Assembly (NCBI GenBank): GCA_035315885.1
Contig: DATFXM010000194.1
Span: forward strand, 172,825 to 236,824
Source of the DNA: Blastocatellia bacterium
GTDB taxonomy: Bacteria > Acidobacteriota > Blastocatellia > UBA7656
Direction of reading: 5' to 3'
DNA: 64,000 nt
The notes below the pieces were generated by a model that ran no database searches, had not been told where the DNA came from, and was given only the letters and a program-made list of their open reading frames with translations. Below, piece after piece: positions 46,444 to 55,998 of the stretch. Both the position numbers and the translations under genes were made by a program. The first letter of the stretch is position 1; every line of letters starts with the position of its first letter.

Positions 46444-49272
46444 ATGTCACAAGATGAGCAACACAGAAAACTAACTCAGCTCGCGAAGGACGCTGAGGAT
46501 CGCGGAGGGCAACTGCAGAACTACCCGCCTCCTGATAAATGGGACGACTGGGTTGAGTTGGATGCGCGCGCATGGCCGCGACGAGTCGAGCGTCACTATC
46601 AACTGATCCCGACTGTGTGCTTCAACTGCGAGTCGGCTTGCGGCCTGCTGGCCTACGTGGACAAACAGACCGGAGAGATCCGCAAGTTCGAAGGCAACCC
46701 TCTCCACCCCGGGTCGCGCGGGCGCAATTGCGCCAAGGGGCCGGCGACAATCAACCAGATCGATGATCCCGAACGAATCCTGTATCCGCTGAAGCGGAAA
46801 GGTAAGCGTGGCGAAGGCGAATGGGAGCGCACAACCTGGGACGAGGTTCTGGACACTTTCTCCGCACGAATACGGAAGGCGCTGATCGATGGGCGTCGCG
46901 ACGAAGTCGTCTACCACGTCGGACGCCCGGGTCACGACGGGTACATCGATCGAGTTCTTCAGGCGTGGGGAGTTGACGGTCACAACTCTCACACGAATAT
47001 CTGCTCTTCGTCCGCGCGTCTCGGTTACGCGCTTTGGCAAGGAGCGGACCGGCCCTCGCCCGATTATTCAAACGCCAGGTTTATTCTTCTGCTCAGCTCG
47101 CACCTGGAAACGGGGCACTACTTCAATCCGCATGCTCAACGAATAATCGAAGGCAAAATGAGCGGCGCCAAAATCGCGGTGATCGATCCGCGTCTTTCGA
47201 ACACCGCCTCCTCAGCGAACTATTGGTTGTCACCGTATCCCGGCACCGAAGCTGCGTTGCTGCTTTCGATGGCCTCAGTCATCCTGAATGAGAATCTCTT
47301 CGACCGCCAGTTCGTGCGACGCTGGGTGAACTGGGAAGAATTCATGCGCTTTGAGCGGCCGCACCTCCCGTCTTCATTTGAATCTTTCATTGACGAGCTC
47401 AGGCAAGTGTATTCAAGCTTCACGCCGGAGTTTGCTGCTGAGGAATGCGGCGTGGAAGCATCCACGATTGTCGAGGTAGCGCACGAGATCGCTCGAGCGG
47501 GTTCCGCGTTTGCCTCGCACGTATGGCGCAGCGCGGCAAGCGGAAACCTCGGAGGTTGGCAGGTTGCACGCGCGTTGATGTTCCTTAACGTCCTGACTGG
47601 AAGCGTCGGAACTCGCGGGGGTGTTTGTCCTAACACGTGGAACAAATTCGTGGCGACTCCGTTTTCAAAGCCGGAGCCACAAAAAGTATGGAGTGAGCTC
47701 CTGTGGCCCCGCGAGTATCCCCTCTCGCATCACGAGCTGAGTTTCCTGCTTCCCCATTTATTGAAAGACGGGCGAGGCCATCTGTCGGCGTACTTCACTC
47801 GCGTTTACAACCCGGTTTGGACCAATCCTGATGGATTGAGTTGGATTGAGGTGTTGCGCGATGAGTCACTGATTGAGCTTCATGCAGCGCTGACGCCGGT
47901 ATGGAGCGAGACCGCGTGGTTTGCCGACTATGTCTTGCCGATGGGCCTGGGCGCTGAGCGGCATGACTTGATGAGCCAGGAGACGCACTCTGCTCAATGG
48001 ATTTCGTTTAGACAGCCGGTCAAACGAGTGGTCGCCGAGAGATCCGGCGCCCACGTGGACTACACGTATCAGGCCAACCCCGGCGAGGTTTGGGAAGAGG
48101 ACGAGTTCTGGATCGAGTTGTCGTGGAGGATCGATCCCGACGGAAGTCTCGGCGTACGCCGACATTTCGAGTCCCCGTACCGGCCCGGCGAAAAGGTGTC
48201 GATCGAAGAGTACTATCGGTGGATCTTCGAAAACAGCATACCCGGCCTGAAAGAACAGGCAGCGAGCATGGGCCAGGAGCCGCTCGACTACATGCGACGG
48301 ATCGGCTCGTTCTCGGTAAGGAAGAATGTCTACGATCTGCACGAGGCTGCGGTCTCCGAGGCACAGCTCGAAAACGCACGGATCGACGATCAAACCGGAA
48401 GGATAATCAAGCCCGGGGTGGGTGCGATGAGCGCCGTCGGCTTGATGATCGACGGAGAGCCGCGCGTCGGGTTCAACACGCCCTCGCGGAAGCTCGAGTT
48501 GTACTCCAGGACGATGGCAGAATGGAAGTGGCCTGAGCACAGCCTGCCGGGTTACATGCGCAGTCACATACACTGGAGAGACCTGGAGCGCGGCTCGGGG
48601 GAATACATTCTGGTGCCTACTTTTCGGCTACCTACGCTGATTCACACTCGCTCGGGCAACGCGAAGTGGTTGTATGAAATCTCGCATACGAATCCGTTAT
48701 GGGTTAACCCCGGTGACGCGAAGGTGCTCGGCTTCGAGAATGGGGCGCTGGTCAGAGTGAACACGGAGATCGGATACTTCGTGATTCGGGCCTGGGTGAC
48801 TGAAGGAATCAGGCCTGGCGTAGTTGCGTGTTCGCACCATCTCGGCAGGTGGCGTCTTAAGCGTGAGGAAGGCGCGGACCGCTGGGCCTCTGCCCTGGTA
48901 GATCTGGAAGAACTCGGTGAAGGCCGGTGGAAGCTGAGACGCGTTGAAGGGATCGCGCCGTTCGAAAGCGCGGACCCCGATTCGGAAAGAATCTTCTGGC
49001 GCGAAGCAGGCGTACATCAGAATCTGGCTTTCCCGGTGCATCCGGACCCGGTGAGCGGAATGCACTGCTGGCATCAGCGAGTGCGACTGGAAAGCGCGAA
49101 AGACGGCGATCAGTACGGGGACGTCGTGGTGGACACGAAGCTGTCTCGAGATGTCTATCGCAAGTGGTTGGAGATGACGCGGCCCGCTCCCGGACCCGAG
49201 GGTCTGAGGCGACCGCGATGGTTCTCACGTCCGGTCAGGCCCGCCGATGAGGTGTACGTCATGACGGTTTAG
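46444..49272 (+). CDS. Molybdopterin (bis-MGD) oxidoreductase catalytic subunit of the Psr/Phs/Ttr/Arr-like clade. No twin-arginine signal.
   Basis: N-terminal 4Fe-4S motif CFNCESACGLL...NCAKG. Its length and the PGVVACSHHLGRW region are typical of Mo-bisPGD enzymes. The N-terminus MSQDEQHRKLTQLAKD lacks an RR motif. Confidence 0.75.
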   Translation: MSQDEQHRKLTQLAKDAEDRGGQLQNYPPPDKWDDWVELDARAWPRRVERHYQLIPTVCFNCESACGLLAYVDKQTGEIRKFEGNPLHPGSRGRNCAKGPATINQIDDPERILYPLKRKGKRGEGEWERTTWDEVLDTFSARIRKALIDGRRDEVVYHVGRPGHDGYIDRVLQAWGVDGHNSHTNICSSSARLGYALWQGADRPSPDYSNARFILLLSSHLETGHYFNPHAQRIIEGKMSGAKIAVIDPRLSNTASSANYWLSPYPGTEAALLLSMASVILNENLFDRQFVRRWVNWEEFMRFERPHLPSSFESFIDELRQVYSSFTPEFAAEECGVEASTIVEVAHEIARAGSAFASHVWRSAASGNLGGWQVARALMFLNVLTGSVGTRGGVCPNTWNKFVATPFSKPEPQKVWSELLWPREYPLSHHELSFLLPHLLKDGRGHLSAYFTRVYNPVWTNPDGLSWIEVLRDESLIELHAALTPVWSETAWFADYVLPMGLGAERHDLMSQETHSAQWISFRQPVKRVVAERSGAHVDYTYQANPGEVWEEDEFWIELSWRIDPDGSLGVRRHFESPYRPGEKVSIEEYYRWIFENSIPGLKEQAASMGQEPLDYMRRIGSFSVRKNVYDLHEAAVSEAQLENARIDDQTGRIIKPGVGAMSAVGLMIDGEPRVGFNTPSRKLELYSRTMAEWKWPEHSLPGYMRSHIHWRDLERGSGEYILVPTFRLPTLIHTRSGNAKWLYEISHTNPLWVNPGDAKVLGFENGALVRVNTEIGYFVIRAWVTEGIRPGVVACSHHLGRWRLKREEGADRWASALVDLEELGEGRWKLRRVEGIAPFESADPDSERIFWREAGVHQNLAFPVHPDPVSGMHCWHQRVRLESAKDGDQYGDVVVDTKLSRDVYRKWLEMTRPAPGPEGLRRPRWFSRPVRPADEVYVMTV

Positions 49273-49455
49273 AGTCTTGGGTTTAGGGTTTAGAGTTTTG
49301 GGTTTAGTGTTTCGGGATTAGTGTTTCGGGGTCCGGAGATTTTGACGAGGAAGAGTTCTGTTATCGGCTGCTGCCTTCAGTCGCCAAAGACAACCAGAGA
49401 CCCGAAACCAGAAACTAGAAACCCCGAAACCCTAAACCCGAAACCTAATTTAGGT
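49273..49455. repeat. Palindromic heptamer element (ggtttag/ggtttcg versus cgaaacc/ctaaacc).
   Basis: gggtttagggtttagagttttgggtttagtgtttcgggattagtgtttcgggg ... gacccgaaaccagaaactagaaaccccgaaaccctaaacccgaaacc. Confidence 0.8.
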
Positions 49456-49496
49456 TTTACGATTCACGATTCTCAAGGTAGGCTTAGAGGGTAAAG

Positions 49497-50645
49497 ATGA
49501 GAATAGTGGTTATCGGATACGGCCGAGTGGGATTCAGAACCGTAGCCGCGCTGCTCGAACGAGGACATCAGATCGGTCTTGTCGACAAAGAGGCCAGCCG
49601 CCTCAGTCGCGCGTCCCACCTCGAAGGTGTTGAGCTCGTCCACGGAAACGGCATCGACGTAGATATCCAGCGTGAAGCCGGCGTGGGTGAAGCCGATATG
49701 CTTCTTGCCGTCACTTTCGACGACAATGTCAATCTCATGGCCGCTCAGGTCGCTCGAACGCACTACCGCGTCCCGATTGCGATTGCGAGGGTCTACGAAC
49801 CGACCCATGCGGAGGCCATTCAAGAAGATCCTCAGCTCGTGGTCGTCTGCCCGACATTATTTGCCGTAAAGCATATCGTCGAACAGGTGGACATCGCCGC
49901 GGGGCAGGCAAGGCCGGAGCCCAGAGCACCCGTTGAGCCTCCTACACCGCCGCCGAGACCGCACTACGACGCAACGGACGACTTTCGCTACATCCTGATC
50001 GCCGGTGGCGGCAAAGTCGGCGTTAACCTCGCGCGCGAGCTCTACGAGGCCGGTCACGAAGTTGCCGTCATCGAGCGCGATCCGGCGCGAGGCGCCGCGC
50101 TTCTAAACAAGCTCAGTTGCCCGATTTTCGTGGGAGACAGCTCGACGCACGATGTACTCGAGATGGCGGGAGCTCAACGAGCTCGCGTATTCGTAGCCGC
50201 CACCGGGAGCGATCAGGACAACCTGATTGCCTGTCAGGTCGCCAAAAAAGTGTTTGGTGTCCCGAAGACCATAGCTCGTGCATCCAATCCTAAGAACGAA
50301 GACGTAATGATGCGTTTGGGGGTCGACTCGACCGTCAGTTCAACCGCAATCATCGAGCAGGTAATCGAACGCGAGCTTCCGACAGTAAAAATCAAAACGC
50401 TTCTGAGCTTGCAGGCGGGAGCGTTCCAGATTCTGGAATACACGATCGACGTGAACTCGCCGGCTGCTGGAAAGCTGGTGCGGGACATCAGCCTTCCAAC
50501 GGACAGCAACCTGATAGCTGTTCTTCGCGGTCAAACTGCTGTCGTAGCTCGAGGCGACACCCGGCTCGCAGAAGGAGACCTGGTTGTCGCGCTGGTTAAT
50601 ACAGAGCAGGAATCTGAATTGAGAACCGCGCTTCTTGGCGCGTGA
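49497..50645 (+). CDS. trkA: TrkA-like NAD-binding K+-transport regulatory protein (RCK N-N-C arrangement).
   Basis: Two Rossmann motifs (IVVIGYGRVGFRTV; ILIAGGGKVGVNLA) and a C-terminal TrkA-C domain. Confidence 0.7.
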   Translation: MRIVVIGYGRVGFRTVAALLERGHQIGLVDKEASRLSRASHLEGVELVHGNGIDVDIQREAGVGEADMLLAVTFDDNVNLMAAQVARTHYRVPIAIARVYEPTHAEAIQEDPQLVVVCPTLFAVKHIVEQVDIAAGQARPEPRAPVEPPTPPPRPHYDATDDFRYILIAGGGKVGVNLARELYEAGHEVAVIERDPARGAALLNKLSCPIFVGDSSTHDVLEMAGAQRARVFVAATGSDQDNLIACQVAKKVFGVPKTIARASNPKNEDVMMRLGVDSTVSSTAIIEQVIERELPTVKIKTLLSLQAGAFQILEYTIDVNSPAAGKLVRDISLPTDSNLIAVLRGQTAVVARGDTRLAEGDLVVALVNTEQESELRTALLGA

Positions 50646-50676
50646 CAGAAAGGAGAATTGCCCACCACAACTGGAC

Positions 50677-51042
50677 ATGAACAAGAAAGTACTGGTTGTT
50701 GATGATCATCACGACACCTCATTGCTATTATGCAGGGTCCTGAAAACCGAAGGGTACGATGTACACCACGCAATCGACGGAGTTGTAGGGTTAAGCTCAG
50801 CAAAGCGGGTCCATCCCGATCTAATCGTAACGGACGTGCAGATGCCGCGGATGAACGGCATCGAGATGATTCGATTGCTCAGAGAGAGCGATGAGTGCCG
50901 GCGGGTACCAATAATCGTAATCAGCTCTTATGGCAAGCACGTTATGGAAGACGCGCTCAGCGCGGGCGCGGATCAGTTCGTAGCGAAGCCGATAGATGTC
51001 GACGAGTTGTTGATCCAGGTGAAGACGCGTCTGGCGAACTAG
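50677..51042 (+). CDS. Single-domain CheY-like response regulator.
   Basis: VLVVDDHHD...DLIVTDVQMPRMNG...QFVAKP. Start set at ATG 50677. The track begins at a TTG at 50635. Confidence 0.7.
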   Translation: MNKKVLVVDDHHDTSLLLCRVLKTEGYDVHHAIDGVVGLSSAKRVHPDLIVTDVQMPRMNGIEMIRLLRESDECRRVPIIVISSYGKHVMEDALSAGADQFVAKPIDVDELLIQVKTRLAN

Positions 51043-51043
51043 T

Positions 51044-52033
51044 CTACTGGGCGTCAGCCGGTCCGTATATGATCGCGGAACTATCCACCATCTGATGGAG
51101 TGAGTCTGGTTTGTCTATCTCCGGGTCAAAGACGCAGGTTCGATTTCTGCCGCTCAGCTTTGCCCGGTAAAGCGCCTGGTCGGCTTTCTGGACCAGTTCG
51201 AGAGCAGTCAATCCGTCTCGCGGGAAGGATGCGACGCCGAGGCTGATCGTGATGAGCATGGTTAGGGTCGGATCGGTCGCAGACGCGTGGAACGCGTTGG
51301 ACTCAACCCTTGCTCGAATGGCTTCCGCGACCTTGAACCCGTTGTTCTGCCCTTCGACGTAGGCCATGTACTCTTCGCCGCCGTACCTTGCAGCCTTCTC
51401 CACGCTCCCGACGATCTCGCTTATTATCTGACCTACATCGCGAATCGTGTAGCTTCCGACCAGATGTCCGCGGCCGTCGTTTACACGTTTGAAGTGGTCC
51501 AGGTCCATCATCAGAACGCTGACCTCTTCGGTTTCGGCAGTGCTTGCGGCACGATTGATCAAACGGTCCAGATCGGCAAACAAGCTCCTTCGCGAGCGAA
51601 GCCCGGTTAGGTCGTCGTATTGAGTCATCTTGTGAAGCCGTTCCTGGAAGTCGGCTTCAAACTCATCGAGCATCGCGAACTTGATCACGTGATTTCCGAC
51701 CTTCACCCGGTCCCCGTCTTCCAGCAACTGCTGAGCGGTCAGCCGTGCGCCGTTGAGGTAGGTGCCGTTTGTTGAGCCGAGATCGCTGATGTAGTACTCA
51801 ACGCAGGTAGCTTGATCGAGTCTGAGGATTTCGACGTGAAGGCGGGAGGCGATTTCGTCTCTGAGGACGAGGTCGGCTTGAGAGCCCCGGCCGATCAGGG
51901 TCTGCTCCTTCTCGACCTTTATGGTCAGACCTAAGGATGGGCCCTGCAGAACGACGAGCACCGGTCGTTTTTTGAGATTCGACTGCGGCACGTCCCGCAG
52001 ATCCAGCTTTACCGTTCGTTCCGCGTCACTCAT
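51044..52033 (-). CDS. FHA-domain diguanylate-cyclase-like protein (GGDEF with a GGEEY signature).
   Basis: FHA core (LIGRGSQADLVLRDEIASRLH...SDLGSTNGTYLNG). GGDEF domain with the RYGGEEY motif in place of GG(D/E)EF. Confidence 0.75.
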   Translation of the reverse strand: MSDAERTVKLDLRDVPQSNLKKRPVLVVLQGPSLGLTIKVEKEQTLIGRGSQADLVLRDEIASRLHVEILRLDQATCVEYYISDLGSTNGTYLNGARLTAQQLLEDGDRVKVGNHVIKFAMLDEFEADFQERLHKMTQYDDLTGLRSRRSLFADLDRLINRAASTAETEEVSVLMMDLDHFKRVNDGRGHLVGSYTIRDVGQIISEIVGSVEKAARYGGEEYMAYVEGQNNGFKVAEAIRARVESNAFHASATDPTLTMLITISLGVASFPRDGLTALELVQKADQALYRAKLSGRNRTCVFDPEIDKPDSLHQMVDSSAIIYGPADAQ

Positions 52034-52079
52034 TTGAATCTTTGACCTGCTGACTATATCAACAACCGGGTGGAATCGT

Positions 52080-52275
52080 AAATCGTGAATAGTGAATAGT
52101 AAATGGTTTCTTGGCCCGGCTTCTGGGTTTCTGGTTCCTGGTTCCTGGTTCGAGGAATTGCGACTCTGCGATGGTCGGGAGTCGTTTGCCTAAGTCCTGC
52201 TTGCTCGGATGACAAGCATGCCCGCTAAGGAACAGCTGTTTCAACCAGAAACCCGAAACCAGAAACCCTAAACCC
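52080..52275. repeat. Palindromic heptamer element (ggtttct/ggttcct versus agaaacc/ctaaacc) in a divergent promoter region.
   Basis: ggtttcttggcccggcttctgggtttctggttcctggttcctggttcgagg ... caaccagaaacccgaaaccagaaaccctaaaccctgaaccctaaacc. Confidence 0.8.
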
Positions 52276-52360
52276 TGAACCCTAAACCGTTCCGAATAAC
52301 CCTTACCCCTTGCCTGACGTTGCGACCACCAATAGAATCTCCTTTGAGCATGGAGATGTC

Positions 52361-53014
52361 ATGAACAAGAGTAACGGTCAGAGCCTGAGCGAGTGTCTCG
52401 GAGTTCAACGAATCGCTGAGGCCAACCTTCCAACCGAGTTGGGAGAGTTCCAGATCATTGCCTTCAAAAGTACCCTGGGGAACGAAGAATTCCCGGTGCT
52501 GGTCAAGGGCAACCTGAAACCCGACATAGCGAGTCTCGTTCGAATCCATTCCCAATGTCTGACCGGGGATGTATTTCACTCGATCAAATGTGACTGCGGC
52601 CGCCAGTTGGACCAGGCGATGCGAATGATCCAGCAGGAAGGTCACGGAGTGATCATCTACCAGCAACAGGAAGGCCGCGGCATCGGCTTTACCAACAAGA
52701 TACGCGCTTACGCCCTTCAGGACGCGGGCCAGGACACCGTCGAAGCAAACCTCTCGCTGGGCTTCGAAGCCGACCTTCGCCAGTACGAATGCTGCGCCGA
52801 GATCCTCAAGCAACTTGGTCTTCGACGAATCCGGCTCATGTCAAACAACCCGGACAAAATCGAGGCGATTCGCCGCGCCGGCCTGGAGATTGTCGAGCGC
52901 GTATCGATCGAAGTCGAACCTGACGAAACAACCGCTCAGTACCTTCGCACCAAAAAGGAAAAGATGGGGCATCTTCTGGACCGGATCGAGCCCTCACCTC
53001 AGGCTGAAAAGTAA
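52361..53014 (+). CDS. ribA: GTP cyclohydrolase II.
   Basis: [14 protein letters not shown] matches the RibA N-terminus. Zinc motif [41 protein letters not shown]. Confidence 0.85.
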   Translation: MNKSNGQSLSECLGVQRIAEANLPTELGEFQIIAFKSTLGNEEFPVLVKGNLKPDIASLVRIHSQCLTGDVFHSIKCDCGRQLDQAMRMIQQEGHGVIIYQQQEGRGIGFTNKIRAYALQDAGQDTVEANLSLGFEADLRQYECCAEILKQLGLRRIRLMSNNPDKIEAIRRAGLEIVERVSIEVEPDETTAQYLRTKKEKMGHLLDRIEPSPQAEK

Positions 53015-53015
53015 G

Positions 53016-54080
53016 TCAACCTCGAAGCGACGACAGCGCTTCTCCAGTCAATGCCACGCAAGCCGAGGTTTTCAAGTTCAACAACAGTAAGAACTCACCC
53101 AGGCCCGCGGCTACAGTACCGGCTGCGACCGCCCGCTCGCCTTCCCTGCGCGGCGCGCTTAAGACCGAAAGCGCATCTGCCGGCAAGAAGACTTCGTCTC
53201 CAGCCTGAATCACCCAGCGTCCGGATTCTTCGGCGGTAAGCACCGTTTCGATCTGACCGCGGCGAAAAATGACCGCATTCAATTTCGCGAGTTCTCCTCT
53301 CAGAACGGCGGCCCACTTAGCCGCCTCTCGCGCATTGAACGCCACGCGTCGATCGGACATCACGAACTCGATGCCTTCGGTTGAGGACCTGATCACAATG
53401 CTCGATTCAGGTAGCGCTGTTTCGGATCGTTCTACTTGTCGTGACTCGACAAATTGTTCAAGGCAGGATGCCACCTTGAAGCAAAACGCCAGCGGAAGCT
53501 CCAATCCTTTAACCTGAATCCGGGGAGCTCTGCGCCGTACAGTTTCGGAAGGCGATTCAAGCTTCGTCCTTCGCGAGTCGAGTTCCTGCAAGTGGTCGGG
53601 GCCAAGCAGCACCCAGCGCGCGTTTCGCTGATCGCTCAACAGAAGCTGACCTTCCGATGCCGAGGCTATGAGCCAATCGGGCAATGAGCATCGGGTATTC
53701 GCGGCGTCCGCGCCCGACTGCATGCGCAGCAGGCATTCAATGTCGGGCGCATCGAGCCAAATCTCGCTCTGAGGAAATGACAGCAGCAGGCCGATCGCGG
53801 TGTTGGCCATCACAATCTCTGCTGATGAACGTCGGACTTCGAACTGTTCCAGTCGCAGTCGCACCGTAGCCCAGAAGTGACGCGCTTCGAGGGCTCCGAG
53901 TTTCACTTCGCGATCCTGGTGCCGGATTATCAGCGCTCCATCGGCGCGAATGGTAAGCCCGCTACCTCCCTGCCTGATGACTTCCGGAGTCGATTTTCCG
54001 TCTTCGATGAACTGCGACAAGGAAGAGTAAAGATAGGGAGCGAAGGCCAGACTGCAACGTATGGATAAAAGATTCAACAT
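53016..54080 (-). CDS. Hypothetical protein.
   Basis: Long ORF with coding-like composition. No motifs recognised. Confidence 0.45.
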   Translation of the reverse strand: MLNLLSIRCSLAFAPYLYSSLSQFIEDGKSTPEVIRQGGSGLTIRADGALIIRHQDREVKLGALEARHFWATVRLRLEQFEVRRSSAEIVMANTAIGLLLSFPQSEIWLDAPDIECLLRMQSGADAANTRCSLPDWLIASASEGQLLLSDQRNARWVLLGPDHLQELDSRRTKLESPSETVRRRAPRIQVKGLELPLAFCFKVASCLEQFVESRQVERSETALPESSIVIRSSTEGIEFVMSDRRVAFNAREAAKWAAVLRGELAKLNAVIFRRGQIETVLTAEESGRWVIQAGDEVFLPADALSVLSAPRREGERAVAAGTVAAGLGEFLLLLNLKTSACVALTGEALSSLRG

Positions 54081-54178
54081 CGTTTTTCTCTCGGTGCGCT
54101 ACTGTTAGCGTAGCACGCACGAGGCCGGTCCTTCTATCAACATTGCTAAGCGCGATGTAATTCGGTAGAAATCAATCT

Positions 54179-54487
54179 ATGTCAGAGAAGCGCGCGAGGC
54201 CGAGTGATGCGATTCGCAGAGTATTGAGCGGCAGTTTGCTTGCCGCAGAGGGAGACAAGCTTGCGAACGGGTTGCAGGAGCGAAGCGTTCATTTGGGTCC
54301 CGACGGGTATGTTTATCAGTTGGCCACGAGTGAAAGGCGAGGTGTTCTGGAGACTTCGATAGTCGGCAAGCGCGCTGTCGGCGAGTACCTCAGATGGGTT
54401 GACGGACTGTTCCGGCCGGGCGAACTGCCAGGCGAAGAGAACGGCATTCATTTCCGCGCAGCACGAAAGCTGCGCGAACTAATCTGA
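54179..54487 (+). CDS. Hypothetical small protein.
   Basis: ORF only. Confidence 0.3.
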   Translation: MSEKRARPSDAIRRVLSGSLLAAEGDKLANGLQERSVHLGPDGYVYQLATSERRGVLETSIVGKRAVGEYLRWVDGLFRPGELPGEENGIHFRAARKLRELI

Positions 54488-54518
54488 ACGCAGACATACG
54501 AGGACGAAGGCAGATTCG

Positions 54519-54944
54519 ATGAGTGATTTGCTATTCAGGAAGCCGAGTGTGGGTAAGGAAATTTTGTCTCATTGCGGCCGCTGCAAGGACGAGCGGACGC
54601 ACATTGTGACCGCGATGGACGGCGATGTTGTTCGTCGGGTCACCTGCTCGACGTGCGGCAGCACGCACAATTACCGGCCGCCGGCGACGAAGCGGCCGGT
54701 AAGAAGCGGAGCCGGCCGTACCCGCAGCGAAGGGGGAACTCAAAAGCAGGCCTTTCGGATTGATCCGAGCCGCCCGGTGAGAGACTACGACATGCACGCA
54801 AACTTCAGTGAAGGAGAGGTGATCAGTCACCCGAAGTTCGGACTGGGTGAAGTTCAGACCTCTCTTGCGCCTAACAAGATCGAAGTACGCTTCACTGAAG
54901 GCACACGGTTACTGCTGCACAACATGAAAAGTGCTGAGTACTGA
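54519..54944 (+). CDS. Zinc-ribbon protein with a C-terminal beta-rich domain.
   Basis: CGRCKDERTH...CSTCGSTHNY four-Cys ribbon. C-terminal KFGLGEV...IEVRFTEG. Confidence 0.5.
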   Translation: MSDLLFRKPSVGKEILSHCGRCKDERTHIVTAMDGDVVRRVTCSTCGSTHNYRPPATKRPVRSGAGRTRSEGGTQKQAFRIDPSRPVRDYDMHANFSEGEVISHPKFGLGEVQTSLAPNKIEVRFTEGTRLLLHNMKSAEY

Positions 54945-55098
54945 GTGCCGAGTGCCGAGTTGTGAATGATCAGCTCGGGCCGCGGAGACGCCGCGGCCTG
55001 CGCAGCGACAGTTGAGGCGCTCAGAGTTTCACTGAGGCACAGTTGAACTGGCCACGCGAGAACTTGCAAGAGCTGTGGTGCGCTTCTAGAACCGGCCT

Positions 55099-55338
55099 TT
55101 ACTTGAAGAAGCTGGCGTTCTTCTGGATGAAGTGACGCCATTTGTCTGGGACGTAGGCTTCCACAAAGATCGCAGAAACGGGACAGGCAGGGCGGCACGC
55201 GTCGCAGTTAGTGCAGGCGGCCGGATCGATGTACATCTGTGGTTCTCCCGGCCCCCCTTGAATGCAGTCTTCCGGACACACATCGACGCAATACAGCTCT
55301 TTTGCGCCTATGCACGGCTCACAGATAACGTAGGCCAA
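55099..55338 (-). CDS. Ferredoxin (Azotobacter-type 7Fe/8Fe 2x[Fe-S] class).
   Basis: CIGAKELYCVDVCPEDCI and CTNCDACRPACP. Confidence 0.8.
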   Translation of the reverse strand: MAYVICEPCIGAKELYCVDVCPEDCIQGGPGEPQMYIDPAACTNCDACRPACPVSAIFVEAYVPDKWRHFIQKNASFFK

Positions 55339-55356
55339 GCTAACTCCAAAATGAGT

Positions 55357-55614
55357 CTATTTGTAGTGGTCGGCATTAATCTGGGTAAAGTGCTTCCACT
55401 GCTCTGGCAAGTCGTCTTCGGTAAAGATCGCCTGCACCGGACAGGCCGGCTCACACGCGCCACAATCGATGCACTCATCCGGGTGTATGTATAACAGCTC
55501 CGAAGTTTCGAAATCCGGCTCATCCTTCCGCGGGTGAATGCAATCTACCGGGCAGACGTCCACGCAAGCCGTGTCCTTCGTCCCGATACACGGTTCTGCT
55601 ATAACGTAGGTCAT
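55357..55614 (-). CDS. Ferredoxin (second tandem copy).
   Basis: [18 protein letters not shown] and [12 protein letters not shown]. Confidence 0.8.
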   Translation of the reverse strand: MTYVIAEPCIGTKDTACVDVCPVDCIHPRKDEPDFETSELLYIHPDECIDCGACEPACPVQAIFTEDDLPEQWKHFTQINADHYK

Positions 55615-55724
55615 CTAGCACTCCTTTCGTGATTTCTCGAAGCAAGGCATTAACAACTATAGAATGATTCCTCAGCCAGCCGATACAAATTTGCTCAATT
55701 TTTTTTAAAGAGTCAATCCCAAAC

Positions 55725-55995
55725 TTTTAGTAAGCGAACTGGCGAAGGGACGAATCGGCGACGCGGAGACGAGAGACGAAGTGACGCGGAGAGGAGGGAC
55801 GGGGTGAGGAGGGATGCGGTGACGCGGTGAGGAGAGACGCCGTGACGTGACGCGTCCGTTGGTCGCCCCTTCGCACTTTCGCCCATTGCCCCTTCTCTCC
55901 CCGTCCGTCCCTCCTCTCCGCGTCTCCGCGTCTCTCCTCTCCGAGTCGCCCTTCTCCCCTTCTCCCTTCGCCCATTCGCTCCCCGTCCGTAGTCG
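55725..55995. repeat. Oligopurine/oligopyrimidine imperfect palindrome.
   Basis: gacgcggagacgagagacgaagtgacgcggagaggagggacggggtgaggaggg ... ccttctctccccgtccgtccctcctctccgcgtctccgcgtctctcctctcc. Confidence 0.8.
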
Positions 55996-55998
55996 CGT

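Noticed and set aside
52268-52813. 181-aa minus-strand ORF opposite ribA.
   Set aside because: A shadow ORF. ribA has unambiguous zinc-site and catalytic motifs on the plus strand.
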